DNA of 64,000 bases from assembly GCA_964576865.1 (NCBI GenBank), contig CAZNVK010000002.1:9692-73691 (forward strand). Reading direction: 5' to 3'. Shown here one piece after another: positions 26,501-34,258 of the stretch. The stretch comes from an uncultured Candidatus Poseidoniales archaeon (GTDB lineage: Archaea; Thermoplasmatota; Poseidoniia; Poseidoniales; Thalassarchaeaceae). Both the position numbers and the translations under genes were made by a program. The notes below the pieces were generated by a model, which was not told the DNA's origin, searched no databases, and worked only from the letters and a program-made list of their open reading frames with translations. Numbering within the stretch: the first letter of the stretch is position 1; every line of letters starts with the position of its first letter.

Positions 26501-27082
26501 TCAGAACCCACACCAGATTCGTTCTTCCATAGACTCGATTAGTTCCGAATCGATATGCCAGAACCCAATCCACTCGCCATCAACCATACGTCCTTCGTAA
26601 GCTTCAACTCTCGATTCTGAGGTTAAACTGCCTGAATGGTATTCAATATCGCCAGAGGTGAATCCTCGGACGATAAAGACGACTCCATCGGACTCAAGAT
26701 CTAGAATCGAATCATCTCCACTCGAGCCGAAAACTCCCTCGATTTGGAAATTTCCAATTTCATCAACCGTGGCGATGAATCCATCTCTACCACCACGGTT
26801 GGTTTGGTTCTCGAATCCAGGAGAAGCAGACTCCCAAGTCCCTGCGATGTGAAGAGACCCCTCGATCAATACCACATCGCTGATCGTAGTCTTCCCCTCT
26901 CGTGATTCAGATGGATTTCGCGCGAGGTCAAGAGACTCCAGTGTCGATATCTGCTCCAGGGTCAGATCGGCAGAGGTCACTCCAGCCGACTCAGAACCTC
27001 CTCCAAGCAGAATCATTGGGGACATCGCCAAGAGGATCGCCAAGGCGAATGGCGCAGATACAAGAAGCAGCTTGTTTTCCAT
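26501..27082 (-). CDS. secreted beta-propeller-repeat-like protein
   Basis: Trimmed to ATG 27082 (MENKLLLVSAPFALAILLAMSP signal). Has GGRDGFIATVD and GSSGDD repeat-like motifs. Confidence 0.45.
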   Translation of the reverse strand: MENKLLLVSAPFALAILLAMSPMILLGGGSESAGVTSADLTLEQISTLESLDLARNPSESREGKTTISDVVLIEGSLHIAGTWESASPGFENQTNRGGRDGFIATVDEIGNFQIEGVFGSSGDDSILDLESDGVVFIVRGFTSGDIEYHSGSLTSESRVEAYEGRMVDGEWIGFWHIDSELIESMEERIWCGF

Positions 27083-27120
27083 CTTGGAAGGCCTGACTTG
27101 ATGGATTTCCAATAATTCGC

Positions 27121-27134
27121 CCGAACATGTTCGT
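27121..27134. promoter_or_regulatory. palindromic site CCGAAC-AT-GTTCGt (distal, upstream of a TTTTATT box)
   Basis: Read directly. It lies in the divergent gap 27083..27224. Confidence 0.5.
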
Positions 27135-27172
27135 AATCACTCTTGATTTTATTCTCGATGTTTCTAACAACA

Positions 27173-27186
27173 CCGAATCTGTTCGG
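27173..27186. promoter_or_regulatory. palindromic site CCGAAT-CT-GTTCGG (proximal)
   Basis: Read directly. It ends 39 bp upstream of the coxC ATG 27225. Confidence 0.5.
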
Positions 27187-27224
27187 GTCTCAGGTAATGG
27201 TGCTCGCAGCACTCGCCGGTTCAG

Positions 27225-28013
27225 ATGAACGATTTGAACGCACTACTCCACCATGATTCAAATGGCCAGGTTCACAACAGTCTAGCACCTCTAATCGTAG
27301 CCCTCGCCGTTACACTCTGCTTAGGTGGGTTGCTCATCTGGCCCCTCGCGATTCTCGGCTTACCACTGTTGATTCTGGGGATCAGAACTTGGCTCGCAGA
27401 GGAGGTCGAATTTTGGCCAAAAAGAGAATCGCAAACAGATTTCGAGGTTTGGGGAGACGCGTCTTGGGCGATGCTATGGATCATCATAACGGAGACCATA
27501 GTGTTCTCCGCATTCTTCGCCTACTGGTTCTGGACTCGTTGGCACACCGTGAACTGGTCGGGCGCTGTTGGTGGATCGTGGCCAGCTACAGGGGTCGACC
27601 ATGACTTGTTCTTGGTTGGGATCAACACCATCCTGTTGATCTCTTCTGGATTCACAGCACATCGAGCCTTGGAAGCACACGATCGAGATGACCTCAACTC
27701 CTCGTCCAAATTCCTCGTTGCAACAATCCTTCTCGGAACCGCGTTCCTCGCGATACAGGCATACGAGTATCTACATGCGGGATTCGTCTGGAGTGACCAT
27801 CCCTACGGCACCGCATTCTTTGCACTGACTGGCCTACACGGTCTACACGTTCTGGTTGGCTTGGTCATGCTCGCCGTGGTTCTTTTGCTGATGAAAACGG
27901 ATCGTTTTCCTCGTGCACGTCACGATGGTTTTCGAGCGATTACCAATTATTGGCACTTCGTTGACGCCGTCTGGATTATCCTGTTCTTCGTTGTCTACTT
28001 GGAGGTGATTTGA
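27225..28013 (+). CDS. coxC: cytochrome c oxidase subunit III
   Basis: Multi-TM, with ..FFALTGLHGLHVLVG.. and ..YWHFVDAVWI.. signatures. Confidence 0.85.
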   Translation: MNDLNALLHHDSNGQVHNSLAPLIVALAVTLCLGGLLIWPLAILGLPLLILGIRTWLAEEVEFWPKRESQTDFEVWGDASWAMLWIIITETIVFSAFFAYWFWTRWHTVNWSGAVGGSWPATGVDHDLFLVGINTILLISSGFTAHRALEAHDRDDLNSSSKFLVATILLGTAFLAIQAYEYLHAGFVWSDHPYGTAFFALTGLHGLHVLVGLVMLAVVLLLMKTDRFPRARHDGFRAITNYWHFVDAVWIILFFVVYLEVI

Positions 28014-28756
28014 TGCGATTCAACAAGACCCAACTCGGGCTCATCATCGGTTCCATATTGGTTTTGATGATGACGTTCGCATCCATCTTCAACTGGTTCC
28101 GAGGACTCGGTGGCAGTGGCGCTCACGCAGAGGTTTACGACGAGCTGTTTACTCTGTATTGGGTGCTTGGAAGCATAATCGGGATAATCGTTTACGCCTG
28201 GTTCGTCTACTTGCTCGTCGGTTCCTTCGGCGATGATGCCGGCGAGCCGATGGAGATTGGCGCAGCACCAGTGATTCGAGGCTCAAACAAGGGTGCGGTC
28301 ACCATTTCGGTAGTGATAATGGTCTTCCTGCTCGTTCTCTCGGACACTACATTCGATTCGATCGACTTTTTTGAGAAGCACGAGGAACATACTACCGAAG
28401 ACTCGTTCACAATTGCAGTGACTGGATACCAGTACTATTGGGATTATCAGTATCCGAATGGTAAGAGCATCAACAGCGCCAGCGGTGAGGCACTGAAGAT
28501 TCCCGTCGATGTTCCTGTTGTCTTCGAAGTCACCGCTGGTGACGTCTTCCATTCCTTCGCACTCCCCGACCATCGCATCAAGATCGATGCGATTCCTGGT
28601 CGTGTGAATGAAGGGTGGATACTTGCCGATGAGATTGGCATGTTCCCTGTTCGCTGCGCGGAGCTTTGCGGAGATGAACACGCAATCATGGTTGGTGAAA
28701 TCGAAGTCATGACAGTGGAAGACTTCGATGCTTGGTATGAGGAGGTGGAAGTTTGA
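28013..28756 (+). CDS. coxB: cytochrome c oxidase subunit II (CuA)
   Basis: The ATG overlaps the coxC stop (TGATG). Two N-terminal TMs. CuA motif HSFALP...CAELCGDEHAIM. Confidence 0.85.
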   Translation: MRFNKTQLGLIIGSILVLMMTFASIFNWFRGLGGSGAHAEVYDELFTLYWVLGSIIGIIVYAWFVYLLVGSFGDDAGEPMEIGAAPVIRGSNKGAVTISVVIMVFLLVLSDTTFDSIDFFEKHEEHTTEDSFTIAVTGYQYYWDYQYPNGKSINSASGEALKIPVDVPVVFEVTAGDVFHSFALPDHRIKIDAIPGRVNEGWILADEIGMFPVRCAELCGDEHAIMVGEIEVMTVEDFDAWYEEVEV

Positions 28757-31014
28757 TCGGTTCGAAGAAGAAAATCAGTACAAGCAAGGCTCTGTCCATA
28801 CTCGTCATCAGTTCACTGCTGCTCATCGCAACACCACAATTCGCAGCACTTCCGGGTGGAATCTCAGGGCCATCCGTTGGAGCTGGATGTAATTGTCATG
28901 GGGCGGTTGCCAGCGATGATGTCACAATTATCTTGGAGGGATTGCCGGATGAGTTCATCGCTGGTGAGACGTACCTTGTAAACATCTCATTCGAGGGTGG
29001 GCCCGAAGCAAGTGGAGAGAATTATGGTGGATTCAATCTAGCCGCATCTCGAGGCACTTTCACTGTGCTCGATAACTCCATCCAAATCATGGATGGCGCT
29101 GTGACACACAGCGAATCGGGTAATGACCAAAGGTCCTGGCAAGTTGAGTGGACAGCACCATCTTCTGACAAGGTGAGTTCTCAATTCACCCTGCTCGTTA
29201 ATTCCGTCAATGGTGATGGCTACGCCACTAGCGATGACAAGTGGAATCGCCTCGATTTCTCTGTCCAAGGTCAGAACGCAGGCTCTGGTTCGATTATGGA
29301 CATCGCCGACCCCGCTTGGTTGATCATCGTCGGCGCATTGATTGGTACGATTCTGGCTGTGGTCTATGCACTATATCGAAAGCCCAATTTCGGTCGCAAG
29401 GAGTTGATGCATTGGCTGACGACTACAAACCACAAGGATATCGGTCTGCTCTACCTGTGGACGACGATTCTGTTCTCGATGATCGGACTGGCTCTCTCAG
29501 TCCTAATTCGTCTACAGCTCGTCGTGCCTGACAATGATTTCATGACTGGAGATCTGTTCAACCAAGCAGTCACGATGCATGGCGCCGTGATGGTGCTATT
29601 CGCGATCTCGCCGATGTCATTCGCCTTCGCGAATTACATCGTTCCACTACAAATCGGCGCCCGCGACATGGCCTTCCCACGGCTGAACGCCTTGTCATTC
29701 TGGACACTTCTTCTGGGAGGATTGGTTGCAGCGTCGGGCTTCTTTTTCGATGGAGCGGCTGATGTCGGCTGGACATTCTACTCGCCGCTCACCAGCATCG
29801 AGTACAGCCCAGGATCAGGTGTATCACTTGCTGGTGCTGGACTAGTCCTTCTCATCATCTCGGTGACAGCCTCGACGGTGAATTTCCTCGTCACAATCTC
29901 GAATCACCGAGTTCCGAGCATGAGGATGTGGGACATGCCCATGTACACCTGGAACGTTCTGTTCACCGTTATCCTCATGCTCGTTGTCTTCCCTGCACTT
30001 CTGGCCGCCGTCCTGATGCTCGTAGGTGACAGAGTCTTCGGCACTATGTTCTTCGATCCCAGCATCGATGGAACTACCTGGTGGCTTCACATCTTCTGGT
30101 TCTTCGGCCACCCCGAGGTCTACATCGTTCTGCTTCCTGGACTCGGGATGGCGATGGAGATCGTCCCTACCTTTGTGCGTAAGCATCTCTACGGTCGCAA
30201 GACCATCATCTACGCTTTGATGATCGCCTCAGTCCTCAGTGTATTGGTCTGGGCTCACCACATGTTCATCACAGGAATCGACCCACTATTCCGCAAGATA
30301 GAGACCATCGGCACCGAACTCATCTCGGTGCCGTTCGCGCTCATCTATCTGAGCCTGCTCGCAACTTTCCACAAATCCAAACCAGATTTCACGAAGTTGC
30401 CACTCGTCTTCGTCATGGGTGCAGTTGGGATATTCCTAGTTGGTGGAATCACAGGAGTATATCTCGCCAGCGTGGCTATGGACGTACAATTACGAGGCAC
30501 ATACTTCATCGTCGCTCACTTCCACTACACACTCGGCGCGGTGGCTGTGATGACCCTCGGCGGAATCTACTACTGGTATCCCAAGATGTTCGGGAGGATG
30601 CTCGATGAACGGTTGGGATGGTGGCATTTCTGGACTACATTCCTAGGAATCAATCTGACATTCATCCCTCTATTCGGCTTGTGGGACATGCCCCGCCGAA
30701 TATACGTCTATCAGGTCGAGGCGGGATGGGCTGACCAGCACCTCTGGGCAACCATCGGCTCCCTCGTGGTCTTTATTGGTCAGGTTATCTTCTTCTGGAA
30801 TTTCATCCGCAGCCTCAAGCACGGCGAAGAGGCTGGCGACGACCCCTGGGGAGGACACACCTTTGAGTGGTTGACGAGCTCCCCTCCGCCCGCACACAAT
30901 TGGGACAATCTACCAATGATGTCAGGTTGTATCGATTGTGGTAATTGTGACTGTTCGAAGGAAATCGGTGGTAGATGCTCAAGCTGCGAGAAGACCTTGA
31001 ATATCCCTGCGTGA
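28753..31014 (+). CDS. coxA: cytochrome c oxidase subunit I with extra N-terminal secreted reeler-like GCxCHG domain and C-terminal Cys-rich tail
   Basis: The TTG start overlaps the coxB stop (TTGA) and has GGAGGTGG 5 nt upstream. The subunit I core has WFFGHPEVY and AHHMF. The first ~190 aa are a signal plus a non-oxidase domain. The last 32 aa carry 6 Cys. Confidence 0.85.
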   Translation: MIGSKKKISTSKALSILVISSLLLIATPQFAALPGGISGPSVGAGCNCHGAVASDDVTIILEGLPDEFIAGETYLVNISFEGGPEASGENYGGFNLAASRGTFTVLDNSIQIMDGAVTHSESGNDQRSWQVEWTAPSSDKVSSQFTLLVNSVNGDGYATSDDKWNRLDFSVQGQNAGSGSIMDIADPAWLIIVGALIGTILAVVYALYRKPNFGRKELMHWLTTTNHKDIGLLYLWTTILFSMIGLALSVLIRLQLVVPDNDFMTGDLFNQAVTMHGAVMVLFAISPMSFAFANYIVPLQIGARDMAFPRLNALSFWTLLLGGLVAASGFFFDGAADVGWTFYSPLTSIEYSPGSGVSLAGAGLVLLIISVTASTVNFLVTISNHRVPSMRMWDMPMYTWNVLFTVILMLVVFPALLAAVLMLVGDRVFGTMFFDPSIDGTTWWLHIFWFFGHPEVYIVLLPGLGMAMEIVPTFVRKHLYGRKTIIYALMIASVLSVLVWAHHMFITGIDPLFRKIETIGTELISVPFALIYLSLLATFHKSKPDFTKLPLVFVMGAVGIFLVGGITGVYLASVAMDVQLRGTYFIVAHFHYTLGAVAVMTLGGIYYWYPKMFGRMLDERLGWWHFWTTFLGINLTFIPLFGLWDMPRRIYVYQVEAGWADQHLWATIGSLVVFIGQVIFFWNFIRSLKHGEEAGDDPWGGHTFEWLTSSPPPAHNWDNLPMMSGCIDCGNCDCSKEIGGRCSSCEKTLNIPA

Positions 31015-31024
31015 AGGGGCGCTT

Positions 31025-31573
31025 ATGCAGGACGATCGCTGGGCATGGCTCATCGCTCTGTTCTGCGCCCTGCTGATAGCCTTCGCTCCCTCGGCTGTCG
31101 CGGATGACCACGATGAGGACGAGGATGAACACGATGACGAAGGCAGGGAGAACGAATTGGAGGATGCTGGCGAGACTGTTGGTGAGATCTCTGCCTGGTT
31201 GCTGGGTTTGACTCTGGCGTACTTCGGATGGAAAAGGGTCCTGCCGCCGATTCGAAAGCGATTGAAGGCGTCCGAACAGAAGGACCAACTCAAACGATTG
31301 AACTCATGGAACAAGCGTGCCATTCCCATCCACACTCTCCTCGGGACTGCGGCTCTGATTACCGGATTCATTCACGGATTGATGATGGACGAATCGCATC
31401 CAACCCTGTGGATCGCCCTCTTCCTCATGGGCGTTCTATCCGTGTCAGGTAGTCTGATGCGATGGAAATGGCCGCCTCGTGAAGTCAAGAGAGGTGCCCG
31501 ATTGCTACACATGCAGAGGCTGATATCGCTCGTGGTCGTGGCGCTCCTCTTCGTAGGTCACGAGATGGTCTGA
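31025..31573 (+). CDS. membrane protein: signal, Asp/Glu/His-rich segment, 4 TM helices with 4 His (cytochrome-b-like)
   Basis: DDHDEDEDEHDDEGRENELED, then helices carrying IPIHTLLG, FIHGL, LLHMQ and VGHE. Confidence 0.5.
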   Translation: MQDDRWAWLIALFCALLIAFAPSAVADDHDEDEDEHDDEGRENELEDAGETVGEISAWLLGLTLAYFGWKRVLPPIRKRLKASEQKDQLKRLNSWNKRAIPIHTLLGTAALITGFIHGLMMDESHPTLWIALFLMGVLSVSGSLMRWKWPPREVKRGARLLHMQRLISLVVVALLFVGHEMV

Positions 31574-31610
31574 AAGCCGGAATCTACCAAATAATCGGCA
31601 TTACACTCAA

Positions 31611-31626
31611 CCCGAACATGTTCGGG
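31611..31626. promoter_or_regulatory. perfect 16-bp palindrome CCCGAACATGTTCGGG, with a half-site CCTGCT-AT-GTTCGG at 31651..31664
   Basis: Read directly. The ATG at 31618 lies inside the palindrome, so I place the CDS start downstream. Confidence 0.55.
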
Positions 31627-31671
31627 GCGAGTGATATTGTGCTTACTTTGCCTGCTATGTTCGGGGGTCAG

Positions 31672-32355
31672 ATGCGAGCAAGACTAACTCCTCCATCCGG
31701 TGGCTTCTTGGCGAAGGGGTCCGTCATTTCACTACTGATCATTCTCCTTCTGGCTCCCACTTCATTCGCATTTCCTACAGGCATCTCTGGTTCATCGGTT
31801 GACCTAGGTTGTATGTGCCATGGTGACGCGACCACCGACGAGTCGGTCGAGATCCAGTTACTCGGTCTGCCCGAAGTCTGGGATGTCGGAGTTGCCTATG
31901 AACTGACTCTGCAGGTGAGCTCGGCTGTCCCTGAGAATGGAGAAACAACAGCTGGATTCAATCTGCGAGCGACCGCAGGTATTCTAGTTGCGATTGACAC
32001 CTCTGTCCAATTATTGGATGGTGAATTGACCCATACCGAAGCAGGCAACTCTCAAAGGTCCTGGGATTTCATCTGGACGGCCCCCTCGAAGGCTAGTCCA
32101 AGGGTCGGATTCAAAGCCTTCGTCAATACTGTCGATGGAGATGGAACCGCTGATTCTGAGGACCGGTGGAACTCCTTCGAGACGCAGGCCAATGGACCCG
32201 CAGCGGTTTGGACGGGTACTGATTCTCCTCCCGTTTGGAAATCCATGCTTCTGGGTCTCTTCCTCGCAGCGATTGTAGTAAACATCCTCCCTCATGGTGG
32301 TGGAGCAGCTGAGATTCGCGGCAAGAGAAGCCAGATCTCAGAAGGCGAGGAATGA
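31672..32355 (+). CDS. secreted, C-terminally anchored paralog of the CoxA N-terminal GCxCHG (reeler-like) domain
   Basis: Start trimmed to ATG 31672 (MRARLTPPSG.. signal). It aligns by eye with CoxA residues ~30-190: GISGxSV..GCxCHG, GLP, GFNLxA, THxExGNxQRSW..WTAPS, VNxVxGDG..WN. C-terminal TM LLGLFLAAIVVNIL. Confidence 0.55.
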   Translation: MRARLTPPSGGFLAKGSVISLLIILLLAPTSFAFPTGISGSSVDLGCMCHGDATTDESVEIQLLGLPEVWDVGVAYELTLQVSSAVPENGETTAGFNLRATAGILVAIDTSVQLLDGELTHTEAGNSQRSWDFIWTAPSKASPRVGFKAFVNTVDGDGTADSEDRWNSFETQANGPAAVWTGTDSPPVWKSMLLGLFLAAIVVNILPHGGGAAEIRGKRSQISEGEE

Positions 32356-32396
32356 ATATGGGAAGTGTACCAAGCATGGTCCGGAGAAAGGTCGAC

Positions 32397-33050
32397 ATGC
32401 AGCACCTCCTGATTTCAATCCGTCTTCCTGAGGGGCATTGGGCTGGGGATTTAACTCGGTCTAATCCAGGCGTATCAATTCGAGTTGACGAACATATGGC
32501 CCTTCCCGAAGGCCGAGGTCTCAGCACTATCGTTGTAGCTGGAAATGGCATGGATCGCTTCGTTAGCGACCTCGAAGCTCACGACGGAATGGAGGGAGCA
32601 GCCATTTTCGAAGAGCATGAGGACACGATCGAAATGAGTGTTACAATCGCACGTCACGGTGGAGGATTCCTTCGCCCACTAATCAGAGCCGAAGTGACGC
32701 CACAGACACCTTTCACTGTCAGGGATGGTTGGGTTGAATGGGAGTTTGTAACCGACCACGAGCACGTCAAGAAGTTAGTGAAGGGGCTCAAAGAGTCCGA
32801 ACTCCCACACAGAATCCACTCACTCTCAAAGGAATCGACTTCTCGCCTATTGACGGTAAGACAACGCGAGGTCTTCGACCTAGCTGTATCTGAGGGATAT
32901 TATGACAATCCACGTCGCATCACTCTGACCGCGCTCGCAGAGAAGGCGGGCGTCTCCAAATCAACACTCTGTGAGATGATTCACCTCATCGAGAAGAACA
33001 TCATCGATGAATTTGCAGATTCCGTAAGGAGGCAGAGTCCAAGAGACTGA
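32397..33050 (+). CDS. HTH_10 (bacterio-opsin-activator-type) transcription regulator
   Basis: C-terminal LTVRQREVFDLAVSEGYYDNPRRITLTALAEKAGVSKSTLCEMIHLIEKNI. Trimmed to ATG 32397. Confidence 0.7.
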   Translation: MQHLLISIRLPEGHWAGDLTRSNPGVSIRVDEHMALPEGRGLSTIVVAGNGMDRFVSDLEAHDGMEGAAIFEEHEDTIEMSVTIARHGGGFLRPLIRAEVTPQTPFTVRDGWVEWEFVTDHEHVKKLVKGLKESELPHRIHSLSKESTSRLLTVRQREVFDLAVSEGYYDNPRRITLTALAEKAGVSKSTLCEMIHLIEKNIIDEFADSVRRQSPRD

Positions 33051-33101
33051 ACTACAGGCTACAAAGTAGCCTTTGATAAGCAGAACTGATTCGGTGAGAA
33101 T

Positions 33102-34244
33102 ATGGCAGAGACAGAGATCGTACAGGACTACTCCCCGAACTTCGAGGCGTGGATTCAGGATTTCAGCGAATGGCAGACTCGAATCGGTTTCGACCCATCT
33201 TGGTTGGGCGATTACCGATTCGACATCAAATTCGATTGGGACACCGCTGGAACCCAAATCGAATTTGGCGATTTTGAGGGCATGCCAAAGTGGCAGCGCC
33301 GCATGCAAATTCCACAACAAAACATCCGTGACGCGATTATCTCGATGGTCAGCGTGCAGGGCGACACCGAGTTCGCCAGCGTCGAGCAGCAGAACCACTT
33401 GCTGGCGACCGCACCGACCGAGTACGACCGCAAGTCAGCCCTGCGAATCATGTGCGAAGAGCAGCGCCACGGATGGCAGATGGCCTACCTGCTGTGCACC
33501 TACTTCGGCGAGCACGGAGTCCGCGAGGCTGCAAAGTTGCTCGAGCGTAACGCGCAGGAAGGAACTCGCATCCTCGGTTCCTTCAACGCACCCATCGACC
33601 ACTGGCTCGATTTCTTCTGCTTCACCCACTTCATCGACCGCGACGGCAAGTACCAACTGAAGATGCTCAGCACATCTTCCTTCCAGCCGCTCGCCGCCTC
33701 GATGGGCCCGATGCTGAAGGAGGAATCCTTCCACTTGGGAACCGGAGCCAACGGACTGCGCCGAATCGTCAAGCAGGGAGTAATCCCATGCGCTCTCCTT
33801 CAGAAGTACCTCAACAAGTGGGTCAGCACAGGACTCGACCTCTTCGGCACCGATGATTCGACATCGGCCCAGTGGGCCTATGTCTACGGAGTCAAGGGCC
33901 GCTACGACGAGCGCGAATCCGCTGAGGCGGCTGACCGTGAACACCTCAACGAAGCCAGCCGAGAACTCTACTTCGAGGAATTGCGCGACGAGATGGTCCG
34001 CATCTCCAAGGCGCGCAAAGAAGGCGAGCCGGAGTTGTTCATTCCATCTGACAAGTTCAACCGCGGCATCGGAAAATACGCTGGAAAGCGATACACGATC
34101 GAAGGCAACCCGTTTGAGGGGTCCGAGGAAGAGTGGAACGCTTACCTTGACGAGGTTCTCCCGACCGACGAGGACGAGGACCGTCTGATGAACGAATACA
34201 TGCAGCAAGAATGGATCCAATACCGCGAGTGGAAGGGCAACTGA
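33102..34244 (+). CDS. di-iron (ferritin-like) oxygenase of the BoxB / PaaA family
   Basis: VQGDTEFASVEQQNHL..APTEYD, MCEEQRHGWQMAYLL, FIDRDGKYQL and MLKEESFHLGTG parallel benzoyl-CoA epoxidase BoxB as I recall it. It is shorter (380 aa). Confidence 0.6.
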   Translation: MAETEIVQDYSPNFEAWIQDFSEWQTRIGFDPSWLGDYRFDIKFDWDTAGTQIEFGDFEGMPKWQRRMQIPQQNIRDAIISMVSVQGDTEFASVEQQNHLLATAPTEYDRKSALRIMCEEQRHGWQMAYLLCTYFGEHGVREAAKLLERNAQEGTRILGSFNAPIDHWLDFFCFTHFIDRDGKYQLKMLSTSSFQPLAASMGPMLKEESFHLGTGANGLRRIVKQGVIPCALLQKYLNKWVSTGLDLFGTDDSTSAQWAYVYGVKGRYDERESAEAADREHLNEASRELYFEELRDEMVRISKARKEGEPELFIPSDKFNRGIGKYAGKRYTIEGNPFEGSEEEWNAYLDEVLPTDEDEDRLMNEYMQQEWIQYREWKGN

Positions 34245-34258
34245 CCGCGGGTGATTCG

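Noticed and set aside
28870-28900. A c-type heme attachment site in the CoxA N-terminal domain and its paralog
   Set aside because: The motif is C-x-C-H (CNCH, CMCH), not CxxCH. No canonical or known variant heme-c motif fits, so I do not call it a cytochrome c.
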